Shown here: piece after piece, positions 39,517 through 53,500 of the stretch
Layout of the letters: each line of letters begins with the position of its first letter
Position numbering within the stretch: position 1 is the stretch's first letter
Source of the DNA: Carcharhinus longimanus
Lineage: Eukaryota
Assembly (NCBI GenBank): GCA_030264375.1
Contig: JASCQW010000119.1
Span: forward strand, 6,307,612 to 6,371,611
Length of the DNA: 64,000 nt
Reading direction: 5' to 3'
Program-made: the position numbers and the translations under genes
Notes under the pieces: model-generated
Seen by the model: the letters and a program-made list of their open reading frames with translations, nothing else
The model's database searches: none
What the model was told of the DNA's origin: nothing

Positions 39517-39543
39517 GGCACTTTGCATTGATGTTTTCAAGTT
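39517..39543 (-). CDS. 27-nt micro-exon (ELENINAKC)
   Basis: ttctacatgtag|...GCC|gtaagt, phase 1/1, open. Confidence 0.7.
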
Positions 39544-40788
39544 CTACATGTAGAATGCAAATTTGAAATTACAGTCAAATTGTACTGGTTGCTGATGCGA
39601 TCATAGCACATACTGTTGATATGCGGACCCTCAGAGCTTAATTAAGTGAAGGTGCAACACGTCAGTGACATTTATTACTTAAGACTCCCCAAGTAACATC
39701 TGAATGCCTTTCTCTAAAGTTGTGCTGTTATAACTGCACGTCATGCTACAATAGTGGTATCAAATGATCGATTGACATAACTTTTCTAATTGCGTTCCAG
39801 CCTCCCTTATTTGTACGACATCTGCAGCTCTGACAGGTCGCAGTTCCCGTCCGAACTTTTCACTCATTGTTCGCTTGTACTCAGTGCTCCACACTGCCAT
39901 CTCAATGAGACTCAAAATGTCATTGTCTCCCTACTTTTCATGTTGTTACGTGGTTCCAGCGTTGATACCTTCGACTTTACTCTGAAATCTGCGGTGACTT
40001 CAAGATCTGACATCCAGTGCACGTTAACTTTCTTTCATACTACATTCCGAGGTGCATTATTTCCACGTTGGACATTGTTATAAAACGATGATTCTTTTTC
40101 TTGTAGTAAATAAGAACAAAAATAATTTTGCTTCGTGGTATTTTGCAAACGCATGGATCAATAAGAATTAGCATGATGGATAATTGTGTCGTCTGGAGGA
40201 GAGGGGTTGGTGAGGGTGTTTCCGCAGTTTTAATTTGCGAATAAATAATGCTCGATACACTCAAGTAGGTGATTCCATTCACAGTGTATGATGGGCCAAC
40301 GAAACAAGCTCTGGATTTAATTTGACCGCTGGAGTCGTCTCAAGCCAGAGGTATTGTTAGGTGTGGTTGTTTTTTTTTGTGTGTGTTTCTGGAGTACCAA
40401 GTTTTGTGTAACGCATTTCAAGTGATGCTAGAGCATTTTACTCTTCAGGCAAATTGTCTGTACCTAAATGCTTCACTGTGATATTTCCCGCAATTTCTGT
40501 CCACAAATGAATATTGCTTGTCTTTTTTTCCACTCAAATCAAAAGCGGTCAAAATCTAACCCTGAGATTTGTAATAACGTATGAAGAGATAAATATGATT
40601 TTGGAAAACAGGCCGTGTAGAGTTTGGTGTTCTGAACTCTATAAATCTTTCAGTTCCTTTAAGCTGCTTGTACGTTTACACAAAATCCAGTATCATTCAA
40701 GCTTTCAGGTAATTAAACAAATCATTTTGCGTCAACGCATTCAATAGAAAATAAGAGGAAATGATAAATATACTTTGTGGAATCTTAC

Positions 40789-40815
40789 CAATCGTTTTTT
40801 GTCGTAACTGTTCCT
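40789..40815 (-). CDS. 27-nt micro-exon (EEQLRQKTI)
   Basis: cttcctactcttatag|...TTG|gtaaga, phase 1/1, open. Confidence 0.8.
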
Positions 40816-42489
40816 CTATAAGAGTAGGAAGACTTTTCATTGTTTGTTGGAAACGAATCAGAGAAATTCAACGTCCAAATCCAAATTTACTGTGACAATG
40901 CATGACCCTGCACGCTGTTACTTTATAATTCTGAAGTATTCTACTTCTATGCTTTCAGGCAATTCAAGGTCAATAGATATCCCACCTGGAATGAGGATAA
41001 AATTTCATGATTTTCCCAATTGCATCAATAGAGAAATGACATTTTATCGACTAAGAAGACATAATTTTGAGTCACAGGACGATCCCATACTTAAAAGGAA
41101 TAAAAGCGGATAGATTTGGGATTATTGATACAACTTTAAAAAACATTGGGTATGGACTCGAATTGATTTATGGTACGTCCGCAATGGATTGAATCATGCG
41201 GCTCTGTCAGTGGAATATAATTTTCTAAACGGCCGTCATTTAGCAGTGAGTTTTCTACGAAACCTCGACAAAACCATTGTTAGACGTCAAGTTTTACATT
41301 GGAATGTACCTGCAATTGCCTTTGAAAACACATATCGTCAGGCTAGGACACAATTCTAACTCTTTGTACTACTTTACCATTCCGTGGTGTTTTCAGCATT
41401 GCTCAGCTACGTTTCAAGTGCTCGAATTGATTACTTAACAGCTAACTCAAATTACAAACCAAACCTGTCAATCCATGTGCAATTAATCGATCAACCTTTT
41501 GGTTAGCTGCAAAATTTAGGAACCATTTTTGTGAAGTATGCTTCCTGACATCATCCTTGAGCAAACTAATTGAATTCTTAACTTCCCAAATTCGCGTTCT
41601 GACTCCACATGTAACAATATTTCTTCAACTGCTGGAGAAAATATTTTATCAAATGCCCGCTTATATTCAGCATTCAACGCAACACAATAGAGCCATATTC
41701 AGTCGCTGCTGCTCATTTCAACCTTCATTTGGATGATTCCCAATTGCACTTAAGGGAAGCCTTCTGGATTTGTGTTGCCCAGAAATACATTAGAAATGTT
41801 CAAAACTTACTTAGCGACAGTATGCTATACACTCGGTTTACATGCCTGTTTTACTATTTGGGCTTTCGCCTGAAAGTGGCAAAAGCAGGCCAATGAAATC
41901 CAAATAAATTATTCACTTCGCAAGAAGACAGTTGGCATTTTTTTGTCACAGTGACTGTGATAATTGAAATAAACGGGTTACGACACTCTGTATTGGAATC
42001 CTTTCATCGTTGTTCAAATATTTCAATTGGTAATTATTAAATATAATACAACTCTTAGAATGCCTTACTAATGGGCCGTGGCATAGAAATTAAAACACTC
42101 AGAATGTGTGACTTTTACATCAATATGGACTGTGATGACCGTTTGCATTTAACAAAAGTCTTCAACATAATCTTGGCAAGGAAATACGTAAATCTATTAA
42201 TTAAATGTACCTGAACCCAAGTCAGGGAAAATACTTCAATGCTGCTATTATAAGTTGCAGCTTTTAAGGAACATGTATGTGTGTTTGCGTGTGTGTGTGT
42301 GTGTGTGTGCGTCAGTGTGTCTGTGTGAGTGTGCGAGTTAGAATGAGAAGTAGCGAATCTATGCATACTGTTGGGGGTGGGAGTTGTGGAGCCGGGAAGG
42401 GGAGAGGGAGATGGTGGGGGTTGAAACTGTGATGCCACTGGGTGAATGCGTTATTTCCAGTGAACACGTTTGAACTGGAAAACCCTTAT

Positions 42490-43690
42490 TTTATTCTAAT
42501 GAACTGTGGTCGTATTAATCTCCACTTGGAGAGCCAAGGATTAATCGAAACATGTCAGCATGGTTTTGATGGGAAGGGTGCGGAAGATTGCGTCTCTCAA
42601 GTTTGGTGGAATTTTTGAGACATTAGTTAGATTGTTTGGATGAAGGACGTGCAGTTGTTATAGTTAAACGAACTTCAGTCGGGCTTTTGAGAAAGCTCCG
42701 CCTGGGACATTGATCAGGATGCTAAGAGTCCATGGAACCCAACGCAATTTGGGAAATTAGTTACAAAACTTGCTTGCTGACAGGAGTCAGATGTAAGTAC
42801 TGCAATGCTGCTTTTCTGTAAGTGGAAGCCTGCTCACAATCGTGCCCGACAGGCGTGGTTCCTTCATTGCACGAATTTCTACTGTGCGTTTAAAATCTAA
42901 ACGTTAATGTAGGAAGCATGATTAGTAAGTTCCCAGATGAAACAATAATTCAAGGTGTGTTTAATAGAAAGGCAGAAATAATTACATTGCACGACGATTT
43001 CGAACGACTGGTTAGATGGACAGAACAGTGGAAAAATAAAGTTATCATCATAAAGTGTGAGGTGGTGCATTTAAGGACGGGAGCAAAACTGTGGGATGCA
43101 CAATGCACAGTCGTATTCGTCAAAGCACGGAGTACAAGAGGGACTTCCGGATCAACAATTTAAAATCCCTGGAGGCATCCGAACAGTCAGTAATGCAGTT
43201 CAGGATGTACGTGGGATATGTGCTTTTATTCGCTGGCGCAGAGAATGTAAGACCATGGAGATAGTTGGTACGCGTTTTAGGCCATAGCTGGAGTCGGGCG
43301 AGTATTTGCTGTTGCCAAAAACAGGACGCATGTGATTTTCCTGGAAGGAAAGAGGAAGAGATTCACGAGTATGCTGTCTGGGATCGAACGTTTCAACTAA
43401 GAAGGCACATGATTTGGCTGGCTCGTCTTTTTCTTAAAACTGAGAGATCTGAGGAGTTTCTGTTTGTTGTGTTTAATATCAGGAGGATTACACATAAGTT
43501 AGATATCGAACGAGATTTCACCTTTGTTGAATGTTCATTATTGATGAGACATAGATTTTGGATATGCAACAGAGGTTTCAAAGGGATAAAATAGAGTCAT
43601 TTTCGTCCAGTGGGTGACTGGAATCTGCCACTCACTTTTTAATACTTGTGAAGAAATCAGCCCATACAATACTTAAGAAGTCCATACATA
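42490..43690 (+). mobile_element. CR1 RT-to-3' fragment
   Basis: QHGF, MISKFPDETII (FADD-like) and KCEVVHL motifs, decayed. Confidence 0.75.
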
Positions 43691-44032
43691 ACAAGCTCAA
43701 AGTTTACAGCATACAATAGAACGATAGCATACTTACAATACAGAAATTGTTTATCTAGAACACCGATTCTGCACCGGCTCTCTGAAAGAGTGGCCACTCC
43801 AAGTCCTGCCCATGTTATGTTATGCACATAACACAGCACAGTTAACATAACTAATCCACCAGCTTATACAACTTTGAGCACTTAGAAGAAGTAGTTCAAC
43901 CTAAGCTACACCTTGAAATCTGAAGCAATTGAAGCATCATGAGGTAAGCCACACAGAAACAGAAGAACTTACAACGTCCACATGAGTTTGTAATTGACTC
44001 CTGGTCCCTAACACTGTGAGGCTGCAATGTGA

Positions 44033-44247
44033 AGCATTTAGAGTACTGCGTCCAGTTCTGGTCGCCTTACTACCGGAAGGACGTGGAGACTCTGGAGAGA
44101 GTGCCGAGGAGGTTTACCAGGATGTTGCCTGGTATGGAAGGACTGGGTTATGAGGAAAGATTGAACAAACTGGGGCTGTTTTCCCTTGGAAGACGGCGAC
44201 TGAGGGGGGATCTAATAGAGGTATATATGCTTATGAAGGGGATAGAT
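44033..44247 (+). mobile_element. Young CR1 ORF2 C-terminal fragment
   Basis: HLEYCVQFWSPYYRKDVETLERVPRRFTRMLPGMEGLGYEERLNKLGLFSL, intact up to the gap. Confidence 0.9.
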
Positions 44248-44347
44248 NNNNNNNNNNNNNNNNNNNNNNNNNNNNNNNNNNNNNNNNNNNNNNNNNNNNN
44301 NNNNNNNNNNNNNNNNNNNNNNNNNNNNNNNNNNNNNNNNNNNNNNN

Positions 44348-44550
44348 CACACCCCAAAGATGTGCTATTAGGCTGATTGGCAGTAATAAATTGTCCCTAA
44401 ATTAGTTTTCCTCAATGTGGATGGCCATAAAGCAATAGATAAGGGTCATGGGTGGAGGGGGGGACTGGTAGAGTTAAAATGGCGGCGCGGGCTCGTTGGG
44501 CTGTAAGGCCTGTTTCCCGGGCTGTTTTTGCTCTTTGTTCTTTGTTCTTT
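44348..44550 (+). mobile_element. HE1-type SINE 3' half
   Basis: ccaaagatgtgctattaggctgattggc core and (ttgttct)n tail. Confidence 0.7.
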
Positions 44551-45160
44551 GTAATCCTGCCAATTAAAGCTACGGACTAAGTTTTGCAAATGGAACTGAA
44601 AGATATGTGCTGTTTTGTACAAAGCGCAGACAACAGCATTTAGAACCACTTTTCATGCTGTAAAATTCTGTGGCACTTTCATTATGATTCAAGAATGAAA
44701 CAGCAGCTGCCCCCTGGGGTAGAGTATCTCGGAGGCCTGCACACCTCTGAATGAAGCCATACTTCCTCCTTTCATTCCTACGGCGATTGCACCTCATTAA
44801 TAAAAGTTGTAGCATGGTTCATTATGATATGAAGCTCCCAACATCAGCTACGCTCCAACCAGGGGAATCAACCCTCCTGAATTTACCTTGTATTTCTCTG
44901 TGACAATTTAGTATATTGGAATGAAATCACCTTTCAATCCTCTAAAAATCTGAGAATAACTTAAAAGTATATGAAACGTTAAGATGGAAAGAGCATTATC
45001 TTTGTTTGTTCTGAACCTATATTCAACGCTCAATCATGTATTTGTTTGTCGTCAAATGCTTAAAAAATTAAAAATAAACTGAATTGCATTGAATAATTGC
45101 AATGCACAATGAAGATTGGCAAGGGCATTTCAAAATGTCCACCAATTGCTGCTTTCTCAC

Positions 45161-45196
45161 CCAATTCCTTCAACTTTTTCAAATATAATTCTCTCT
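45161..45196 (-). CDS. 36-nt micro-exon (ERELYLKKLKEL)
   Basis: ttttgatcgtctttcag|...TGG|gtgaga, phase 1/1, open. Confidence 0.8.
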
Positions 45197-47471
45197 CTGA
45201 AAGACGATCAAAACAATATTTCAATCAAATAATTATTCAATCATACAACAGAATAAGAGGCCACTTGGAAGAACGTGGCGTTTCAACATTTTCAAAACTC
45301 TCGCATAAGGGCTCATGTTTCACAGCTTTCTACGCTTCGCCAATGTATTTAAAATACTTTGTCCCTCGAGGTTAAATATTCCAGCCTCTGCAAATGTGTA
45401 ATTCAGTCTCTGCAACGGCCAATGCGCAAACAGATCTACCTCTTTCTTAGCAGGATAATTAACTATTTACAAATATTTCAAAACTTATGAATCAAGTTGA
45501 TTATTCGTTAATACTTTCAATTTCTGCATTCGTCATCGAACCACCGTCCGCGTGAAAAGTAAAAATACACCTTTTGCCGATCAATATGTTGTATCCACGG
45601 CTCATAGTTATCTAAGATATGACTGGAGAACCACACGAATGCCGATGACAGGTGATTCCGGCATTCATAATAATACCTTACCTTATCAACAGCATTATTT
45701 GTACCTCGAAGAAAAACACAATCTGCCGCGGGTACTGGCGATAGTGGCCATTGAAGAAAACCCTCTGTTCACATTGCTCACAATGTCAAGGTGCAATTGT
45801 TTTCTTGTTTGTCCGGTGTACGAATTTATGCAGGACGTCATGCATTAACCATTGACCTTGAAGTTCTCCTATTAATTCAACATGCAGTCAAAGCGCTCTG
45901 CTGAAACACTTTCTTAATCCTGCCTGTTTGGCCCATTCCAAAATTGCCCATCAATTCTCCAACACTTCCCCAGTCCCTCGATATCGAACAGCAGTTGGCA
46001 TCCGGCTGTAGAGATCATCATTTGTTCCCCTGTCTGTGCTATCCCCTTAAAAGTTTTGCTTTTAAATCGTGCTCCGTACCCAAATAGGTGGATCTGGTGC
46101 GTTGTTGAAATGTTAAAAATTTCCATTATTTTTCTTATTCTCCTCCATACAGGCAGCTGTTATTCCCCTTGTCTTTGTTGTGATAAGCTCTTAGAAATCC
46201 ATGAGTCAAAGATACAAAATATTTATCGAAAACAACCGGAGGTGTATTTTACTTTTCCAAAAGCAGGGTGGTTAGATCAAAAATGAAGAAATTAGAAATA
46301 TTGTAGAAACGGACAAGATGGGAATGTTCTGTCATATGTGTTTAGCGTGGTTGCTTTTAGAGCTGATTATCTTATTTGATGTTGACCTCGTTATGGTATT
46401 TCAGAGGCATCTGTTTTACTTTGAGTTTGATAATCTGAAGAGCCGAAAGCACCTTTCAATAAAAGTTAGTGTGTCTGTTTGAATCTACATCTGGATTACA
46501 CATTTTTTAACGAAAAACACGCATCCTAGTTATTACACTTTCACAATGCATTTCTATCTGAGTTTTATGGAAATGAACTTTGACATGTTATAGGCATGGG
46601 TTGAAGTGTGGTGTAAAATTGTACAGTACATTAAAATTACTGAGCCTTGCAGGTTAGATGTTATGTCACAGTCCATGTTTCTGAGGCTTTTGTTTGCGCG
46701 GTGCCAAGAACTGAATACGACGTGTCTGAGAATTTTGTGGACTCACGTCTTTAACTTACCTTCACCACCGACGACATAACTTTTTCATCCAGGTGCCTTA
46801 TCATACCTAGTCTACATAACAGTAACTCACTCCAAATATTTCTGCGTAGCTTACAAATTGTTTGATTTTTGTATCATTCATGCAAATTCCCTTTTCCCAT
46901 GTTCCTCATAACTTTACCCCCAAAAGTAACATGGAGTCTATCACTGTGCCAAGTAATCTTTTTGCAATTCCAGTAAAGAGCATGGTGACCAGAACTGAGA
47001 ACTACATAAATTGCTGGATCGAACAAATTACATGGAGACGAGCATTGTCCACACTCATTGCTTCGTATTTAACTGTTATACGGAAATAAAAAATTTGCAC
47101 AGCGATCCGACGTTTGTGGTAATTAGATAAAATGTGAATAGAGCTGCAGACAATATTCGAGCATTATGCTGAACCAAGTGTATGGAGTCATGTCTTCGAG
47201 TATGCTGTATGCACAACATATGGAATCATTCAGGGTACCCACATGCCGTGGGTATGTACAACCAATGCATTTGTTGGCTCTAAATACCTATCGCATCCTC
47301 TATGTGTTTTGAAGTTGGATGAATCTGAAAAGTGACTTATGTACACTGCGGTTATTGTTAATGATAAGGCAGTGCATGGTATTGCTAAAGTCACGCATAA
47401 AGACCCAACCAATATCACACAATAGGATGCGTAGTTGAAAAAAAGAAACAAAGTGTTTTTGAAGAACTTAC

Positions 47472-47498
47472 CTTTCCCTTTCCTTTTCAGATCTTCCT
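47472..47498 (-). CDS. 27-nt micro-exon (EEDLKRKGK)
   Basis: ttccgtgttccgacag|...AAG|gtaagt, phase 1/1, open. Confidence 0.8.
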
Positions 47499-47894
47499 CT
47501 GTCGGAACACGGAACCAGCATTGTTACAATGGAAAAAAAATTGTCTCATTGTGCACTGGAAGCAGATTGCTGCTTTTCAATCTGTTACACATTGATGCGA
47601 ATTTCTTTGGAAATACAAACAGTATAGTGATATATTTATTGGTAAGTGCAACTAAGTTAATAAAAATGAAAACATAGGATTCATTGAGGCCAATCACTTA
47701 CTCGCAGTGACACTTTCAGACGGATTATCACACGTAATGAAATAACGCACGTTGAGGTTGCAAAACCCCCTCTTACCCAACAATTCTCATTCATTCTGGG
47801 TGAAACAGGAACAACGACTGGTGTCGCAGGCTGCATCGCCAAAGTTCAAATATGATGCACAAATGGCAGGAAACCCCAGAGTTACGGGACTGAC

Positions 47895-47978
47895 CTCTCT
47901 GACGGAGAAGTTTAAAATGGCAACTTAAAGGGAGAAGACACGTTCCGATGACCAGTATTTCCGATATCCGTGGCGAAC
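47895..47978 (-). CDS. Candidate 84-nt exon (GSPRISEILVIGTCLLPLSCHFKLLRQR)
   Basis: Strong acceptor cctttgtgttttcccccag, donor GAG|gtcagt, phase 1/1, open. Confidence 0.35.
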
Positions 47979-48725
47979 CTGGGGGAAAACACAAAGGACA
48001 GCAAGTCAGTCTGAGGGCGGCTGGGGTATTTTGCTGCAAGAGGTTTGGAACAGAATTGTGTTAGAATGGAAGAGGATGGTCTGCAGGAAGGCGGTGTGGT
48101 GGGCGGTGTTTGAGCTTATTGGGCGTGAATTGTCCAGGAGGGAGGTCTGGCTCAGATCCAGTGGAAGATGGGGTTGAACAGGTGGGAGAGTCTGTGTATC
48201 GGATTGCAGAAAGACAACGTATCCCACATGAGGGAGGGGGGATTCAGAACTGACGTGGAATAGTGGGACCAGTGGAGTAGGAAGGGAGGGCGGATTTTGC
48301 CGTGTGTTTCGATCAGTCTGAAGTGGGAGGAGGAAGGGGCTTGGTTAGTTGTCCTGTGGGAGTACTTTCAGCTTTGTTGGGTCATGTACGGAGTGCTTGG
48401 TGTGCAGGAGTCCCGGCTTGGACCAAGGGCACAAACAAGTGTGGCGGAATATTGTTCCAGAGGGACGTGTTGGCCACTAGCAGAATTGTGGTGTGTTGTT
48501 TAGGCTGGCGACTGGGGTTTGGTTTGGAGTGGTGGGGCGATGGTGCTGTGTGGGTGATTCGCCGGGTGGAACAGTACAGTGCATGGAGTCGTGACAATAT
48601 TAGAGCATTAACTTTAGATATATAAGTGATTTTGTTTCGTCCATTTCTGTCAGGTGCAATAATCAGCATAAAACTGTTGGAACCTTCCGAAGTTAACGTT
48701 TGAATCACTTATGTTCGATGATTGG

Positions 48726-49050
48726 GGCGGCACGATGACACAATGGTTAGCACTGCTGCCTCCCAGTGCCAGGGACCTGGATTCGATTCCCGGCTTGGCT
48801 CACTGTCTATGCAGAGTCTTCACCTTGTCCCCATGTCTGCGCGAGTTCCCTCCGGCTGCTCAGGCTTCCTCCCTCAGTCCAAATGCGGATTAGATTGATT
48901 GGTCATGCTAAATTGTCCCTTAGTGTCAGGAGGTACAGGGTAAATGAATGGGATGATCAGGATAGGGCCTGGGTGGACTTGTTGTCAGTGCAGACCTGAT
49001 GGACCGAATGGTTTCCTTCTGCGGTGTAGATTCTGTGATTCTATGATTCT
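48726..49050 (+). mobile_element. HE1-type SINE, near full length
   Basis: gggcggcacg..tggttagcactgctgcctc A box, gattcgattcc B box, ctatgattct tail. Confidence 0.9.
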
Positions 49051-51349
49051 CAGTCCAGTAAAATCGNNNNNNNNNNNNNNNNNNNNNNNNNNNNNNNNNN
49101 NNNNNNNNNNNNNNNNNNNNNNNNNNNNNNNNNNNNNNNNNNNNNNNNNNNNNNNNNNNNNNNNNNNNNCTTCTTTTTCAGTATCCACGGTAATTTGCTA
49201 AACTGATCGATCGTCAGGAAATTTGCAAACAGGACATAATCAGTGTGCTTTGTTATTAAGGTTTCAATTCCATAAATCAGCCCAGCACACAGATGTATGC
49301 ATCATTAATGTTTATATTTGAGTGAGTGTATATTAACGCTATTTCCGTTGAGGAAAGAATGATTGTCTTTCTTCACAACAATGTTTCGTCAATGTAGCCA
49401 ACTTCACACAGATCACTGACCGCACAATGACCTAGTCGTAGTTTTTAGCTTGACATGACTGTTTCAAGTTCTCTCTTGAGTGGCTTTTGGACGGATTATG
49501 TGTGCCAATGTTTTTGATAAGAAACAATACGGCACTGGGGATAGGGGGACGGGGAGGGGGCTGCCGACATATTTTCTTTGGGTTCAGCAATGGCGTTATT
49601 GGAAAGGTGTGAACAGACTTGGAAGCAGACAGAATAGATTAAGTATTTTGGAGTGACAAGTGAGTTTAGATGTAGGATCGCAATTTCTGTCAGTTAGTGT
49701 TTTGCAGTTCTTCTGACAGGGGTGAGCTCAGTAGCAATAATTAACAGAAAACGTCACCTGAAGAGAAATAAAAGCAGTACATAGTAAAATATCACGAAAC
49801 ATGTGTCCCAAGAGTGGAAGGTGCAAGATTATCAATTTAACGTGAATTTAAGAGAGGAATTGGGAGGTGAGTTGCACAATGGGAACACAGATAGGCAGAT
49901 CGCTAATTGTCCCAAACTGAGCTTCCAAAGGCATTTTAAAATAACTCACATTGCTGTCGGTATTGTGTCACAGGGAGGGTAGACGAGGTAAGGCTCAGAG
50001 AATTCCCTGGTGTCTCCTGCAGACCAATACCTTGCCTGGTTAAAAGTTGAAACAAAAAAACTGGGAGGTCAATTGTTCCGTGCTTCATTATCTGTATCAA
50101 CGTCTCCACTCATCTGAGCCAACATACCAACCAATCAACATGGTTTACTTATGGATAAGAATTTTATTCCTTTGTTGCTGTTGGCAATTTCTGGAATGCA
50201 ACGCTGATCAAGAGAAGCTACAATTAGTAGCATTCACCTTTTCAGCAAAAGCTAAGCACACAGCCATTGTTTATTTTATGTTGCCTCTAATTTTACTGCT
50301 CTGCCTCTCAGTTGTATTGAAACCGCTCAAACATTGTTTTCAAGTTGTGCCCTGTAAGATGTCCAATCTTCTGCATTGTGCACTGTTTATTTCATCTTAG
50401 AATTTATCCTTTTCTTCTTAATTATATTCCGAAACACCCTCTAGTCCCTCAATTTCTCAGTTTTGGTCATTCTAATGTATTCATTGAAATCAACGTGTTC
50501 CCTTTACACGAATGTCACGCATTTGTTTTGTTGCATATTTGCTTACAATGCCTCCCTGCGGCTCATTTTATTTTTTTCTGAATGTTTTGCTTGGAAACTC
50601 CAGCTCCTCGGAACATTAACAAGGAGTGAGGCATCAGTGCTGCAATGAAGAAGTACTGCGTCATCAGAGGTATATTTTACGAACATTGAGTCGCCTCTAT
50701 TTCCTCTTCAGTAAATGTAAAGGATTAATCAGGATGGTTTTTGTTTTGAAATGTGGGGAAGGTGTTCTTGGTTTTTTGAGCCAAAATTTTCTCTCGAATA
50801 CACTGATTTCATACATTTTCAGTCAGGCCTCTTCTTGTTTTCTTTAATCAATGTGCACATCTACTATTTCTAAGACGGATACGCCAAAAATGTACACCTG
50901 TTTGCCACTTTGCATTCTGATAGAACCCGTATGTAACACCTCTGATAGACAGACTTCCTTTCTCAATCCCTTGAATAGATGAATCCATCATTTACATTCA
51001 TGAATTATTATTTGTACCAGTGTGGGTTAATGATCAATAATACACTTCTCACCTAAATCTTGAAGTTTCTTTTTCAATATTTCTGTTTCTGAAAAAAAAG
51101 TATGCAGAGTTGAGTATCTATTCGAATATAAATATACATATGTTTAATAGGGGGAACTATGGCTCTTTGGTCAGGTTTTGTAATTGATTAAAATAGTGCT
51201 AGAACGGTGTAAATCAACTCAACGTTCTGGCTCTTTCTGCAGAACCTTTTTGTTCCTTTCAGTCCAATAAAATCCATAAGCAGCGATCTGAAAGTACTGA
51301 ACATGTTTATCTCCCTGCCTCAGAAAATCCAGATTTCTAATCATCGCAC

Positions 51350-51650
51350 ATAAAATCATAGATTCATGCCATACAGAAGAAGGCCATTCGGCCCTTTATG
51401 TCTACACCGAACGCAATCCCACCCAGGTCATATTCCCGTAGCCCATGCATTGACCCGAGTTAGTGCTGACACTAATGGGCAATTTAACATGGCCAATCCA
51501 CCTCACATGCGCGTCTTTGTGCTGTTGGAGGCAATCGAAGCACCCGGAAGAAACCCATATAGATACGGAGAGAATGTACAAACTCCACACAGACAGTAAC
51601 TCAAGCCGGGAATCGAATCCAACAGCAGTTCTAATCACTGTGCCACAGGG
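51350..51650 (-). mobile_element. HE1-type SINE
   Basis: aggccattcggccc tail, ggccaatccacct core, and cactgtgccac head on the reverse strand. Confidence 0.85.
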
Positions 51651-53194
51651 CAGCCATTTATAATGGTGCGATACAACACATGACAGTTCATCTCAAGTCT
51701 ATAGGATTGAATCCTTACCATGGTCGCCTCCTTCCAAGTTTAAGATGTTTCAACCAGGGAACATGATCTCAATTCCTGAACCTGTAAAACGCTGTGAATT
51801 TTGCATTCGTTAAAATCTCAATAGAATGGCTGCAGCAAAATGGGACAATTGGTTATGATGCAGAGACTATTTGGTTTCCTGCAATTAGAACCAAGTTCCG
51901 ACCAGTTCTGCATAGCCGAAATTGCGCTGTTCAATTACCTGTAAAATTCATTTTTCTTACGGCCGGGTGAAATTTGCCTCTTCAACACCACCAGGCAATG
52001 CATTGAATCTCTACATCTCAGAATCGCTCTTCACTTGAACCTGGGCTATACAACAATAAGCGTGCTGGCGTATAGAGTTACATGGGTGATGTAATAATTA
52101 GGCGGGGCACATGACAGATTTAAAAAATTGCAGAGCTGAAAATCAACAAACGTGTTTTAAATTTATCGTTGGTTTTGGCAGAGTTGCTATGGAGATGGCA
52201 TCTTCTCTTATGGAACTTGTATCGTTAGTTGGTTACAGGATATAGTTGTCCCCAAGCAAACCAATATGGAATTGAAAAGGAAGATCTTTACTCAAAGGGT
52301 AATGTGAATATGCAACACGTTACAATCGTGATTGGTTTCAACAAAACTGCACCGTTGCATGAGCTGGGAAGCTGGAAGAGAAATAAAGTGGCGGCCAAAT
52401 TACTAGCAGGTCAGTGGAAATAATGCTTGCCACACGTGATTTAAATGTGACAAGTTCCTAGAGGGATAAATTCGAGTCTAAATCTGGTGTCAATGTGTGG
52501 TACTGGTGTCTTATGATTCCCATATATCTTTTGCAACACGAGGTGTCACGTTGTCACGTGCTTATTTCTAAAAAAAAACAGCAGATGCCGTGATATGTAA
52601 GCCAAACGTTTTATGAATGGGATGGGTGAAATGCTTGTTTTTCGTTTTCGTTATAGCAGTGAAGTATGTTTGGACCTTTCTTGTAAATAATCGATATTTT
52701 GAGTCAACGCGTTATTTACACTCGTGCACTACAATGTCAAGGTCATTCGAAACACAATGTTTGTTCACATAAATGTCGTTATGCCTCGACAACACAGGAT
52801 TGATAATGTCTGCAACACATTCAAATAGAAACCATGTTGCTGCAGAATTTTACACCAGAGCAAAGGAGAAGACCCTGAAGCTCTTTCTAAATTATTGCAT
52901 TTCCAGCCTATCCAAACTCGTCTTACGATTAACCCCTTACTGATTCTCATCATTGGTCAAGTGGTATTGACCACTTCAGTGACATGCGATACTTCAATCA
53001 CAACAATGTCTTCCCTAACATTTAATAATTCGTAAGCTCCATTTCCCTTCTCTAGAAGCTCTAATTTTTTTGTGTGTTTAATGATTAAGTGTCGTATCTT
53101 AACTATGTTTGCGCCACATGCCGATTACCTCTTCCTTCATGCAGAGACATAACTCTGTGCTTGCAGTTTACCTTTGCGCCTTTCAAACTTGTAT

Positions 53195-53500
53195 CACAGT
53201 GGCACATTGGTTAGCATTGGTGCCTCACAGCGCTAGAGATCAGGGTTCGATTCCCAGCCCGTGCCACTATTTGGGTAGAGTCTGCACATTCTCCCTGTCT
53301 CTGTGTAGGTTTCTTCGGTGTCTCTGTAGGTTTCCTCCGAGTGCTTTGGTTTCCTCCCACAGCCTGAATGAGGTGCCAGTTAGTTGCACTGGCGATGCTA
53401 AATTCTTCCTCGATGTAACCAAATGCTGCAGACTGGCGATCAGGGGGTTTCCACAATAACTTCATTGTAATGTTAATGTAAGCCTACATGTGAGCCGATA
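53195..53500 (+). mobile_element. tRNA/V-SINE with an alternative 3' tail
   Basis: cagtggcacattggttagcattggtgcctcacagc..gggttcgattcc head and cacaataacttcattg..taatgtaagcctac tail. Confidence 0.8.

Noticed and set aside
45850-46200. Helical, CARD/death-fold-looking translation on the minus strand
   Set aside because: Several stops, no clear acceptor, and the similarity is only impressionistic.
45682-46806. Strong donors at 45682 and 46760 suggesting 23-nt and 47-nt exons
   Set aside because: Lengths break the phase-1 frame and the acceptors are atypical. Not supportable without transcripts.
51719-51781. Segment ending GCGACCATG|gtaagg, resembling a start-codon exon
   Set aside because: Stops in all frames as an internal exon, and no compatible phase-0 downstream exon was found.
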